64,000 nucleotides of DNA from a virus: positions 14,570 to 78,569 of IMG/VR virus record IMGVR_UViG_3300020446_000004. The stretch is one strand, 5' to 3'. The stretch's first letter is position 1, and every line of letters starts with the position of its first letter. The translations under genes and the position numbers were made by a program. This document shows, one piece after another, positions 29,263-38,624 of the stretch. The notes under the pieces are model-generated. The model did not search any database, had not been told where the DNA came from, and worked only from the letters and a program-made list of their open reading frames with translations.

Positions 29263-30285
29263 TTGACAAGATCTACTGCATTTTTTATCAACGGAGGAGC
29301 AGGCAGAGTTATCTGTTCTATTCCTGCATTTGAGCTATACCAAAAAGAAAATCCCAATGATGACTTTATAATTGTTTGTGAAGCAGGTATGGATTTTTAC
29401 AAAGGACATCCTACCCTTCATAACAGAGCATATGACCATTGGCACAAAGGATTATTTGAAGAACATATAAAACATAGGAATTGTATTACACCAGAACCAT
29501 ATAGAATATGGGAATACTACAATCAAAAATGTGATCTTGCACAAGCATTTGATATTGAAATAAATGGAGAAGGTGTTCGCAAATTAGACAAACCAAATAT
29601 CTATATAAACAAACAGGAAATGGTGACTGCGGCATCAATAGTAGATGAAGTAAAACAAAAAACTGGAAAAGACAAAGTTTTAGTTGTTCAACCTTTTGGA
29701 AGATCTACAGAAACACACGGCGATTTTATAATTGATCCTACAAGCAGAAGTTTCCAGCTAAACAATATTGTTGATATAATTAATATTCTTAAAAAAGAGT
29801 ATGGCGTTATTATAATGAGTGAAATACCTGTACCTTTAGAAGAAAGTGAAAACACAAAGTATCCTGTTGCACAACCTCAAATTCCAGAATTAAGAATTTG
29901 GTCAAGCATTATTGATGTAGCTGATCATTTTTTAGGGTGTGACAGTTTAGGACAACATATGGTAAAAGCATTAGGCGGCACAGCAACTATTGTAACAGGA
30001 AGCACATACCCTATCAATATTTCATATCCTGATGATCCTAATTTTGATATTATTGACGTAGGTGAAGGAAAAAGATTATACGCACCTATACGTTTGACAA
30101 TGGAAGAAGAACAAGACAGGCATAACGATGAAGTTATGGAACTTACAGAAAAACAAATAGAAGAAATATGCAACAGTGTAAGAAAAGTTTTAGGAAAAAG
30201 CAGTGTTAGTAAAACTCCAGACACAAAAAAACAAATGTCTAAGTTGATACCAGGTAATAGTAATTTATCCGGAGATAAAAAATAA
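29263..30285 (+). CDS. GT-B glycosyltransferase, GT9 (ADP-heptose heptosyltransferase)-like
   Basis: N-terminal GGAGRVICSIPA, central VVQPFG and C-terminal HFLGCDSLGQHMVKALG correspond to GT9 motifs (G.GD....P, DSG..H.A.A); sits in an ADP-heptose gene cluster. Confidence 0.65.
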   Translation: MTRSTAFFINGGAGRVICSIPAFELYQKENPNDDFIIVCEAGMDFYKGHPTLHNRAYDHWHKGLFEEHIKHRNCITPEPYRIWEYYNQKCDLAQAFDIEINGEGVRKLDKPNIYINKQEMVTAASIVDEVKQKTGKDKVLVVQPFGRSTETHGDFIIDPTSRSFQLNNIVDIINILKKEYGVIIMSEIPVPLEESENTKYPVAQPQIPELRIWSSIIDVADHFLGCDSLGQHMVKALGGTATIVTGSTYPINISYPDDPNFDIIDVGEGKRLYAPIRLTMEEEQDRHNDEVMELTEKQIEEICNSVRKVLGKSSVSKTPDTKKQMSKLIPGNSNLSGDKK

Positions 30286-32090
30286 TGAGTCAATGGATTG
30301 CGGCAATAACAAGAGGTCATAACGGAGGCGTCTGCTTACTTAAGGATGGCAAAATTGTATTTGCAATCGAAGAAGAAAGATTAAGTAGGCAAAAATATGA
30401 TGGCGGACCATATGCAAGTATGGTAAAAATTTTAAATTATACAGATAAAATTGACTTTTTAGTTATTGCACACACTCAGCCACTTGAAGAAACAGCAGGT
30501 AAAGTTGACTTTACTGGTGACGATGTTTATACAGGACTTGCACGTAAACTTGGATTAATTGATAACAGCCCTAGTGTAGATGTGCTTAACCACCCGCAAG
30601 TAGTAGACCTAAGTCATATACATCATAAGTTACATGCGGCCTGTGCATTTTATAGAAGTGGATTCGAAACAGCTACATCGGTTATTGTTGATGGAGCTGG
30701 TACATTTATGCCTGCACAAATGGATGGCTGGGATAATATGTTATACGAATTAGAAAGTATATTTACATGCGAATATCCATATAATATAAAAACTGTTTGG
30801 AAACATTTAGGTGGTAACGGACCATTTAGAGCGGCACACGTTCCAGAAATGACAAGCGAAAAATTTGACGAAGAAGGAACACATGATGTTATTATTGATG
30901 ACGGAGCAGGTATTGTAAAAGCATATGAGGCTGTTACACAATACTGTGGATTTACCGCTATTGAAGCAGGTAAAACTATGGGGCTTTCTCCTTATGGTAA
31001 ACCAAACGAAAACATACCACCTATATATCATAATGCAGGCGGCAAATGGACAGTAGCAAATGCAAATCTTATTAGGCCTACATATCCTAATGGTGCGTTA
31101 GTTAATGAAAACTTTTTTGATGAATTAATTACACCACAAAATACTCCGCAAAATGAATTAGTTGATTTAGATAACAGAAGAGATCTAGCATATGCAGTGC
31201 AGACACAGAGTCAACAACAAGTTTTAAAACTTATTTTGAATGCAGTAGAGCGTACAGGTAACAAAAATATTGTTTTAAGTGGAGGTTATGGACTAAATTG
31301 TGTTGCAAATTATTATTACTTAGACACGTTAAAAGATATGGATATAAACTTGTATGTTGAACCAATATCAAGTGATGCCGGTACAGCAATTGGTGCCGCT
31401 TACATTGCATATCATCAAACAACACAGAACAAAAAAGTATTACCATTTGGCGAAAGTTTATATTTAGGTTTAAATTATGGATATGATAACAAAGAAATTG
31501 GACACCTAGCAGATGACTACAATGCTACATTAGAAAAAGTAGAAATAGAAGATGTAGTAAAATTAATGCGAGAAAAAAATATTATTGCTATGTTTCAAGG
31601 ACGTTCAGAAGCAGGTCCAAGAGCATTAGGTAACAGAAGTTTAATGTACGACCCAACAGATCCTAAAGGCAAAGATCATGTCAACAAAGTTAAGCGTAGA
31701 GAATATTTCCGTCCGTTTGCTGGGACCATTTTAGCAGAACATGCAGAAGAATGGTTTGATATGAGAGGCATGAAAGATTCACCACATATGATGTATGCAA
31801 TGAACTGCCAACCAGGTGTCGAAGAAAAAATTCCAAGTATTATACACGTTGACGGCACATGCCGTATACAGACGGTAACAAGAGAACAGAATCCATTATA
31901 CTATGACTACATTAATGAATTCTATAAACAGACAGGTGTTCCTATTATATTCAACACATCATTTAACTTAGGTGGAGAACCGTTAGTTGAAACATTAGAT
32001 GATGCTTTTAGAACTCTTGCTAATAGCGATATTGAATATCTATACATAGCAGAACACAAAATTTTAGCAAAGGTAAAAAATGTTAGTTAA
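30285..32090 (+). CDS. Carbamoyltransferase, NodU/CmcH family
   Basis: GHNGGVCLL..G.IVFAIEEERLSRQK, HHKLHAA, VDGAG, EAGKTMGLSPYG, SGGYGLNCVAN, DAGTAIGAA, EAGPRALGNRS, VKRREYFRPFA, HVDGTCRIQTV, NTSFNLGGEPLV. Confidence 0.92.
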   Translation: MSQWIAAITRGHNGGVCLLKDGKIVFAIEEERLSRQKYDGGPYASMVKILNYTDKIDFLVIAHTQPLEETAGKVDFTGDDVYTGLARKLGLIDNSPSVDVLNHPQVVDLSHIHHKLHAACAFYRSGFETATSVIVDGAGTFMPAQMDGWDNMLYELESIFTCEYPYNIKTVWKHLGGNGPFRAAHVPEMTSEKFDEEGTHDVIIDDGAGIVKAYEAVTQYCGFTAIEAGKTMGLSPYGKPNENIPPIYHNAGGKWTVANANLIRPTYPNGALVNENFFDELITPQNTPQNELVDLDNRRDLAYAVQTQSQQQVLKLILNAVERTGNKNIVLSGGYGLNCVANYYYLDTLKDMDINLYVEPISSDAGTAIGAAYIAYHQTTQNKKVLPFGESLYLGLNYGYDNKEIGHLADDYNATLEKVEIEDVVKLMREKNIIAMFQGRSEAGPRALGNRSLMYDPTDPKGKDHVNKVKRREYFRPFAGTILAEHAEEWFDMRGMKDSPHMMYAMNCQPGVEEKIPSIIHVDGTCRIQTVTREQNPLYYDYINEFYKQTGVPIIFNTSFNLGGEPLVETLDDAFRTLANSDIEYLYIAEHKILAKVKNVS

Positions 32091-32727
32091 TGGAAAAGAA
32101 GAAAAAGATTTATCAGGCTTTGATTTAGCCGAAGATCAAATGATTGTTATAGATGACTTGTTCCCACAATATGTGATTGAACATGTACACGATCAAGTTT
32201 TTAATACGTATAGTTGGTTTTATGGACATACTAGTAACTATCCAGAGGATCCAAGAACTGATGTAGGAGCAATACCTGATTGGCCAGAAGTTCCTGCGTT
32301 CAAACAGCAAATTTATCCACCTAACAGTCCAAATGCACATGACTCTAGCTGGAACATGATTTATAATGCAGTTGCACAAATGATTCCTTTTGAATTAGAA
32401 ATAGGAGAAATACTTGTAAACGGTCAGCAATGGATTCATAACACTGTTGAACATACAGATTGTCAATGTGATAATGGTATTAGTTGGATATACTATGTAA
32501 ATAGAGAATGGAAAGAAGAATGGGGCGGAGAAACAATAATTAAGTTAGATGGTGAATGGAAAAAAGTTTATCCAAAGCCAGGACGTATTTTCTTATTCAA
32601 AGGTAAAATTCCACATCACGGATTACCACCAAACGATTCTTACAAAGGACTACGTGCAACACTTGTATACAAAACAATGAGAGCTCAACCATTACCACCA
32701 AAAAATAATCAACCTTGGAGAACCTAA
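32080..32727 (+). CDS. 2OG-Fe(II) oxygenase
   Basis: HTD...YYVN.EW..EWGGET...PKPGRIFLF.G.IPH...R facial-triad pattern. Confidence 0.8.
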   Translation: MLVNGKEEKDLSGFDLAEDQMIVIDDLFPQYVIEHVHDQVFNTYSWFYGHTSNYPEDPRTDVGAIPDWPEVPAFKQQIYPPNSPNAHDSSWNMIYNAVAQMIPFELEIGEILVNGQQWIHNTVEHTDCQCDNGISWIYYVNREWKEEWGGETIIKLDGEWKKVYPKPGRIFLFKGKIPHHGLPPNDSYKGLRATLVYKTMRAQPLPPKNNQPWRT

Positions 32728-33254
32728 TGCATTATGATATGTGGGCAATACCGTTCTTTATAGGACAGGTTGATTTAGAAAAAATTAATATCACCCACAA
32801 ATCGACAGAAAAAATATGGTTAAGCGAAGTCGAATCAAGTTTTGGTAAAGAACACGATATATCGCCACAAACTTTTGAATATTTACAAACTGTTATATTA
32901 GAACTTATGCCTGAAGATTTGATAGGACAAAATCCTAGATTTGGTGAAATCTGGCGTAATACATATAGCAAAACAGATTGGCAAGATATACACATACACC
33001 CGAACTGCCAGTGGAGTTTTATAATTTATGAAAGTGTCCCTAAAGGGAAGACAGTATTTATGAATCCTAATTATAGACTTGTACAAAACCAAATAGGATC
33101 GGGAGGTCATCCAAGATTTCCTTTGGACTTCAGACCAGAATGTAAAAAAGGAGACATTGTTATTTTTCCAAGTATGATAGAGCATTTTGTTATGCCTGGA
33201 AACGAAGGATCGACAGTTTCTGGAAACATATATATGGATTACAATTTTTCATGA
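32727..33254 (+). CDS. Putative 2OG-Fe(II) oxygenase, TIGR02466-like (HxH type)
   Basis: W.N.Y...DWQDIHIHP...GDIVIFPSMIEHFV...TVSGN. Start moved to ATG 32727 (GGAG SD, TAATG overlap) from the track start 32715. Confidence 0.7.
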   Translation: MHYDMWAIPFFIGQVDLEKINITHKSTEKIWLSEVESSFGKEHDISPQTFEYLQTVILELMPEDLIGQNPRFGEIWRNTYSKTDWQDIHIHPNCQWSFIIYESVPKGKTVFMNPNYRLVQNQIGSGGHPRFPLDFRPECKKGDIVIFPSMIEHFVMPGNEGSTVSGNIYMDYNFS

Positions 33255-34399
33255 AAGTTCTTGTTATAGGTGATGTAATATTAGACAAGTATTTGTATGG
33301 TACTAGTAAAAGGATTAGTCCTGAAGCTCCTGTACCTGTAGTAAGTTTTACTGAAGAAAAGACTAGTATGGGAGGAGCGGCATTAGTTTATGAAAATTTA
33401 AAAAGTTTAGGAGTAGACGTTACGCTATGTAATACAGGACAGCCTAATAGTGTAAAAACAAGAGTCATATGTGACGGACATTACATAACAAGAATAGATG
33501 ATGACAAACAGGCTGACGGTGATGCTGTTTTACAAATAGTAAAACAATCAGACTTTAGTCCTTATGATATAGTAATACTAAGTGACTATAATAAAGGATC
33601 ATTGACACAAGCAGAAAAAATTATAAAACATATCAATAAATTTGGATGTAAAATTATTGTAGATCCAAAGACAGATATGTCAATATACAAAGATGCTTGG
33701 TTGGTTAAGCCTAACGAAAAAGAATATATTAAATATTTTAAAAATTGGGACGGCAATATTATTACAACTAGAGCTGGCAAAAGTGTCATAGCTAAAATTG
33801 ATAGCAAAGAATATGAAGTACCTGTAGAGACTGTTGAAGTATCAGATGTTACAGGTGCAGGTGATTGCTTTATGGCCGCATTTGTTTATGGATTAACAAA
33901 AGAATACGGATTAAAAAAATGTTTGGAGATTGCTGTCAAAGGGTCTACAGAAAGTGTTAAACATGCAGGTACTTATATACTTAAAAGAGAAGATGTTGAA
34001 CACACTGTAGTATTTACTAATGGTGTGTTTGATATACTACATATTGGCCATTTAAAGCTTCTAAGACACGCTAAAACGCTTGGAAATAGGCTAATAGTGG
34101 GTATTAATAGCGATAGTAGTGTAAAACGCTTAAAAGGCAATTTAAGACCCATTAACGGACAAGACACCCGCAAGGAAAGCCTCTTAGAGCTTGGTTTTGT
34201 TGACGATGTAATTGTGTTTGAAGAAGATACACCATTACAGTTAATAACCAAATTAGAGCCAGATATTATAGTAAAAGGCGGAGATTATACATTTGATACT
34301 GTGGTAGGAAATCATTTAGCAAAAGTTGTTATTTTTCCTACAGTTGAAGGACATAGTACTACTAGGATAATAGATGAAGATATTAATTACAGGTCATAA
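33251..34399 (+). CDS. hldE: Bifunctional heptose-7-phosphate kinase / heptose-1-phosphate adenylyltransferase
   Basis: VIGDVILDKY..G...RISPEAPVPV, LSDYNKG, VDPK, DVTGAGD (PfkB); FTNGVFDILHIGH, GINSDSSVKRLKG..RP, VKGGDY, GHSTT (nucleotidyltransferase). Confidence 0.93.
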   Translation: MKVLVIGDVILDKYLYGTSKRISPEAPVPVVSFTEEKTSMGGAALVYENLKSLGVDVTLCNTGQPNSVKTRVICDGHYITRIDDDKQADGDAVLQIVKQSDFSPYDIVILSDYNKGSLTQAEKIIKHINKFGCKIIVDPKTDMSIYKDAWLVKPNEKEYIKYFKNWDGNIITTRAGKSVIAKIDSKEYEVPVETVEVSDVTGAGDCFMAAFVYGLTKEYGLKKCLEIAVKGSTESVKHAGTYILKREDVEHTVVFTNGVFDILHIGHLKLLRHAKTLGNRLIVGINSDSSVKRLKGNLRPINGQDTRKESLLELGFVDDVIVFEEDTPLQLITKLEPDIIVKGGDYTFDTVVGNHLAKVVIFPTVEGHSTTRIIDEDINYRS

Positions 34400-35177
34400 T
34401 GGATTTATAGGACAAAATTTAATGTCCTATTTAGAAACAAAACACGAAGTTGCCGGATATGATTTTCATCCAGAGAACTTGCCTCTTGTAAAGGATTACG
34501 ACTGGGTCATACATTTAGGAGCAATAAGTTCTACTACAGAAACAGACGTTGATAAAATAATTCTACACAACTATGAATTTTCAAAATGGTTGTTTAATCA
34601 ATGTAATCAGTATAATGTAAACATGCAATATGCATCGAGTGCAAGTGTTTATGGTAACACAAAACATTTTAAAGAAGATGGACCCAGTGATCCTAAAAGT
34701 CCATATGCTTGGAGCAAATATTTATTTGATAGATGGGTAACGGGTATTCACCCAAAAATTATTTTTCAAGGACTTAGGTATTTTAATGTTTACGGACCTC
34801 ATGAAGAACACAAAGGCAATCAAGCAAGCCCTATTACAAAATTTACTAAGCAAGCAGAAGAAGAAGGCAAAATTACTATTTTCACAGATAGCGAAAACTA
34901 CAAAAGAGATTTTGTATGCGTTTCTGATGTGTGTAAAATACATGAAAAAATGTTTGACATAAAAGAAAAAGGCATATATAATATTGGTACAGGAAAAGCT
35001 GTAAGTTTTAAACAAGTAGCAGATTTAATTGCAAAAAAATATAATGCAAAAATAAAATATATTCCTATGCCTGAAAACTTAAAACATCAGTATCAAAATT
35101 ATACTTGTGCTAATTTAGGAAAATTAAATACTGTATTAAAATTTAAGTTTCAAACTATTGAGGAGTATTTAAAATGA
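34374..35177 (+). CDS. hldD: ADP-L-glycero-D-manno-heptose 6-epimerase (extended SDR)
   Basis: ITGHNGFIG, HLGAISSTTE, YASSASVYG, YAWSKYLFD, GLRYFNVYGPHEEHKG.QAS, RDFV.V.DV, YQNYTCA. Confidence 0.88.
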   Translation: MKILITGHNGFIGQNLMSYLETKHEVAGYDFHPENLPLVKDYDWVIHLGAISSTTETDVDKIILHNYEFSKWLFNQCNQYNVNMQYASSASVYGNTKHFKEDGPSDPKSPYAWSKYLFDRWVTGIHPKIIFQGLRYFNVYGPHEEHKGNQASPITKFTKQAEEEGKITIFTDSENYKRDFVCVSDVCKIHEKMFDIKEKGIYNIGTGKAVSFKQVADLIAKKYNAKIKYIPMPENLKHQYQNYTCANLGKLNTVLKFKFQTIEEYLK

Positions 35178-35692
35178 GTACAAGTCTTTTTATAGTTGAT
35201 AATTTTTTACCAAAACCAGATCTTGTTAGAGAACAAGTTATAAAACTTGATTTTCCTACTAGTGGAGAATTTCCGGGCAAGAGATCTCATGCAACAGATA
35301 ATGATTTTCAAATGTACTGCAAAACAAGATTTGAAGATATCATGGGTGTAAAAATCACACAATTCTTAATGGATAGTTTTTGTTATCAATTATGTTACGA
35401 AGGAGAAGAAACATGGGTACACAAAGATCCTTCTATGTGGGCGGGTATATTATACCTTACACCAAATGCTCCTATCGAAGCAGGCACTGGAATATTCAAG
35501 GAAGATAAACAAGGAGAATTTGAACTTGTTGATGCAATAGGAAATGTTTACAATAGGCTTGTGTTGTATAGAGGTGATTTACTACACAGAAGTTTGCTAT
35601 CTGGATTTGGAAACACACCAGAAAGCGGCAGGCTTACACAAGTTTTCTTCTTTGATGTTCGAGAACAACCAGCAGGAGGTTGGGGAGAATGA
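35174..35692 (+). CDS. Putative 2OG-Fe(II) oxygenase (DUF6445-like)
   Basis: IVDNFL..PD.VR, FPGKR, WVHKD, WAGILYLTP, NVYNRLVLY.G.L.H, RLTQVFFF. Confidence 0.65.
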   Translation: MSTSLFIVDNFLPKPDLVREQVIKLDFPTSGEFPGKRSHATDNDFQMYCKTRFEDIMGVKITQFLMDSFCYQLCYEGEETWVHKDPSMWAGILYLTPNAPIEAGTGIFKEDKQGEFELVDAIGNVYNRLVLYRGDLLHRSLLSGFGNTPESGRLTQVFFFDVREQPAGGWGE

Positions 35693-36291
35693 CAACTGAT
35701 GCTATTTGGCCAACCTGGATTTATTCAACTGTAATCGAAAATCATAAAGAAGTTTATGAACAATTTTTACCTATGTTAAATGACGATAATAATTTTGATA
35801 GTCCATGGACATACGGAGATTGTAAAAGTAGTATACGAAATAAAAGCAATGATAAATTTCCGTGGAATACATGGTTTGAAGCAATAAAGCCCTATGTAGA
35901 CGAGCATTTACAATCATTAGAACCTACAATGCCTTTTGTAATACATAGTGATGAGTTTTGGGTAAACGTTTACAGCAAAGGTGATTTTCAAGAAAGTCAC
36001 GAACATGCATTTCCTGGAAGGTCTTTAAGTGCAATTTATATTATGGAATTGGACAAAAATACAGAAGGCGGAGACTTAGTTTTTGAATGTCCTAATTTTG
36101 CAACTGTCAAGTTTAGTGGGTTAAATAGAATTTTCGATAAATGGCAGTATCAACATATCATGCCCAAATTAGAAAACGGCACATTAATTTTATTTCCTAG
36201 TTGGTTGACACATTATGTGTTACCAATGAGATCAGAAAAACGTAGAATAACAATAGCGGCAAATTTTAGTATAAAGGAAGCAAATGAGTAG
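35689..36291 (+). CDS. Putative 2OG-Fe(II) oxygenase, TIGR02466-like (HxH type)
   Basis: WVNVY..GDFQESHEH, LSAIY, LILFPSWLTHYV, RITIAANF. Likely start ATG 35689 (ATGA overlap with the upstream stop). Confidence 0.75.
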   Translation: MTTDAIWPTWIYSTVIENHKEVYEQFLPMLNDDNNFDSPWTYGDCKSSIRNKSNDKFPWNTWFEAIKPYVDEHLQSLEPTMPFVIHSDEFWVNVYSKGDFQESHEHAFPGRSLSAIYIMELDKNTEGGDLVFECPNFATVKFSGLNRIFDKWQYQHIMPKLENGTLILFPSWLTHYVLPMRSEKRRITIAANFSIKEANE

Positions 36292-36646
36292 ATTAAAAGG
36301 TACAGTTGAAAAAGGTTGGGGTAGTGAAACAATATTTGCAACTAACGATTTATATTGCGGAAAATTATTAAATTTTAATACAGGTGCAAAATTTAGCATG
36401 CACATGCACAAAGATAAAGACGAAACATGGTATGTGTTGAGCGGAAAATTTGTTGTAAAAACAATTGATACAAAAACAGCAGACGTTGATGCAGAACCTT
36501 TAGAAAAGGGAGATACATGGCACAATCCTCCAATGCTTCCTCATCAATTGCTTTGTTTAGAACAAGGTACGATTATAGAAGTTAGTACACCAGATAGTAT
36601 AGAAGACAACTATAGAGTTGAAAAAGGAGATAGCCAAGTTGTCTAG
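36284..36646 (+). CDS. Cupin, sugar-phosphate isomerase-like
   Basis: VEKGWGSE...YCGKLL...FSMHMH..KDETWYVLSG...PPMLPHQL...EVST; metal-binding HxH/E/H residues present. Confidence 0.75.
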   Translation: MSRLKGTVEKGWGSETIFATNDLYCGKLLNFNTGAKFSMHMHKDKDETWYVLSGKFVVKTIDTKTADVDAEPLEKGDTWHNPPMLPHQLLCLEQGTIIEVSTPDSIEDNYRVEKGDSQVV

Positions 36647-37448
36647 ATCCCTCTTTATAGGATGTAGTCATACAATGGGATATTTAGATCCAAACCCGCA
36701 CTCAGATGCACCCCCTCAGCCTTGGCAAGATAACAATTACGCAGAATTTTATGCAAAACAAAATAACAAACCTAGTATTATTATGGCTAGTGCTGGAGCA
36801 GGAAACTCTCTATGGCCAAGATTTTTAGCGTATGCGTTCCAAAAATATAATGACATAGATGAAGTATTTGTTCAAAGCACTTACTGGGGAAGATTTGCTA
36901 TTGCAATGAATCCAAATCTAGACGCTTACAATATTTTACCTATTGATTATTTTATAGAAAAAGAAAAAAGTGATGATCTAATTGAAAGATATAGTTTAGG
37001 ATTGTATCAAGATAAGTTTGTAGAATATTATCTTAAACCAGAATCGTATGACTACGACGAACTACCATACAACCGTTATACTGCACCATTTTGTGCTGAG
37101 CCTGATGTCCGACGAAGCAGTCATATGTATATTAGAATGTGGCATTATTCAAACACACATTTAGATCAATATGATTATTTCAAAGATGTTTTGGCATGTG
37201 ATGCTATTTGTAATTATAACAATGTAAAAATGCACTTATGGAATATAAATGATAGATGTTTTATACCAGAACAAACAGGCAATTGGTTAACTAAACTACA
37301 AGCAACTAAAATTGCAAATATAGATGCTATAAGTTTTCTTAAAAAGCATAAGAAAACAATTAAATTAGGTGATACCGAACATTACTCAAAAGAAACACAT
37401 GAGATAATTGCAAAAGAATATATACCTTATATAAAGGACACAAAATGA
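36639..37448 (+). CDS. SGNH/GDSL-like protein
   Basis: FIGCSHTMG near the N-terminus, GAGN, and C-terminal DTEH. Likely start TTG 36639 after an AAGGAG SD. Confidence 0.55.
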   Translation: MSRSLFIGCSHTMGYLDPNPHSDAPPQPWQDNNYAEFYAKQNNKPSIIMASAGAGNSLWPRFLAYAFQKYNDIDEVFVQSTYWGRFAIAMNPNLDAYNILPIDYFIEKEKSDDLIERYSLGLYQDKFVEYYLKPESYDYDELPYNRYTAPFCAEPDVRRSSHMYIRMWHYSNTHLDQYDYFKDVLACDAICNYNNVKMHLWNINDRCFIPEQTGNWLTKLQATKIANIDAISFLKKHKKTIKLGDTEHYSKETHEIIAKEYIPYIKDTK

Positions 37449-38023
37449 AAGACGATTACAACGGAATAGAAGAATATCCTCTTGCATACGAAAAGGATTA
37501 CTGCGACGAAATTATAAAACATTTTGAAGTAATGGCACGAAATGCAGTTACATATAAACAAGATAATCTAGATGTTAATCAAGACGAACGTATTGTTTTT
37601 GATTGGGCACATACACAAAATCAATATCATTATGATTTCAAATTGTGTGATTACTTTTATCAAAGATTGCATGAAGTATACACAAAATCCTATATGGAAA
37701 AATATCAAATGCTAAAAAATAGTGAACAGCATAGTCCAAAAGGTATGAGCATACAAAAATCAAAGCCACATCAAGGTTATCATGCCTGGCATGCAGAAGC
37801 TGCAGATATAGGGTCTTGTTCAAGGGTAATGAATTATATGTTATATCTTAATGATGTAGAAGAAGGCGGTGAAACAGAATTTTTATATCAAGGTGTAAAA
37901 TTAAAACCTGAAGCTGGAAAACTAGTTATTTTCCCCACAAGTTATATGTATCCACATAGAGGAAATCCTATTTACAAAGGAGAAAAATATATAATTACAG
38001 GCTGGTATACATATGATAGATAA
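37445..38023 (+). CDS. 2OG-Fe(II) oxygenase, prolyl-4-hydroxylase-like
   Basis: GYHAWHAE, MLYLNDVEEGGETEF, KPEAGKLVIFP..Y.YPHRG, KYIITGW. Confidence 0.85.
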   Translation: MKDDYNGIEEYPLAYEKDYCDEIIKHFEVMARNAVTYKQDNLDVNQDERIVFDWAHTQNQYHYDFKLCDYFYQRLHEVYTKSYMEKYQMLKNSEQHSPKGMSIQKSKPHQGYHAWHAEAADIGSCSRVMNYMLYLNDVEEGGETEFLYQGVKLKPEAGKLVIFPTSYMYPHRGNPIYKGEKYIITGWYTYDR

Positions 38024-38624
38024 GTATAAAGTCGCTAATGCAACTCCAGTAATTCCTACAAAATGCGTAATAGGTTTAGATAGAGATGGAGTAATTAATC
38101 AAGATTTAGGTAATGAGCAAGGATGTAGATATGTAACTTCGCCTAATGAATTTAAACCAATTGAAGGTAGCTTAGAAGCTGTGGCAAAGATTAGACAACT
38201 AGGGCATAGAATAGTAATTATAACAAATCAAGGCGGTATACAAAAAGGTATAATGTCTGCTGAAGATGTTGATAGTGTTCATGATCATATGCTTGAGTTA
38301 TTAGGGCAAGCAGGTTGTCCTAGTATTGATGCAATATATTATAGCGAAAGTAGCCAAAAAAATGATATGTATGCAAAGCCCAATGCAGGCATGTTTAAAA
38401 GATGCGCCAAAGAACATAAAGATATTAAGTGGAGCCAAGGATTTTTTGTTGGTGATAAAATGAGCGATTTACGTGCCGCAGTCAAAGTAGGTGCAAGACC
38501 TGTATTGGTTAGAACCGGTTATGGACGTGAGACTGAAAAACAGCTAAATAAGTATACATACAAGGATATCAAAAAGAAAACCTATGTATTTGACGATTTA
38601 GCTGATTTTGCAAACCAGCTTTGA
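38013..38624 (+). CDS. gmhB: D,D-heptose 1,7-bisphosphate phosphatase (HAD IIIA)
   Basis: LDRDGVIN, IITNQGGI, AKPNAGM, VGDKMSDL.AA...G..PVLVRTGYG. Confidence 0.88.
   Translation: MIDKYKVANATPVIPTKCVIGLDRDGVINQDLGNEQGCRYVTSPNEFKPIEGSLEAVAKIRQLGHRIVIITNQGGIQKGIMSAEDVDSVHDHMLELLGQAGCPSIDAIYYSESSQKNDMYAKPNAGMFKRCAKEHKDIKWSQGFFVGDKMSDLRAAVKVGARPVLVRTGYGRETEKQLNKYTYKDIKKKTYVFDDLADFANQL

Noticed and set aside
29263-38624. Bacterial LPS locus from a chimeric assembly
   Set aside because: Composition and gene packing match the flanks, it has a phage late-promoter core, and the oxygenase and cupin types are those commonly seen in large phages.
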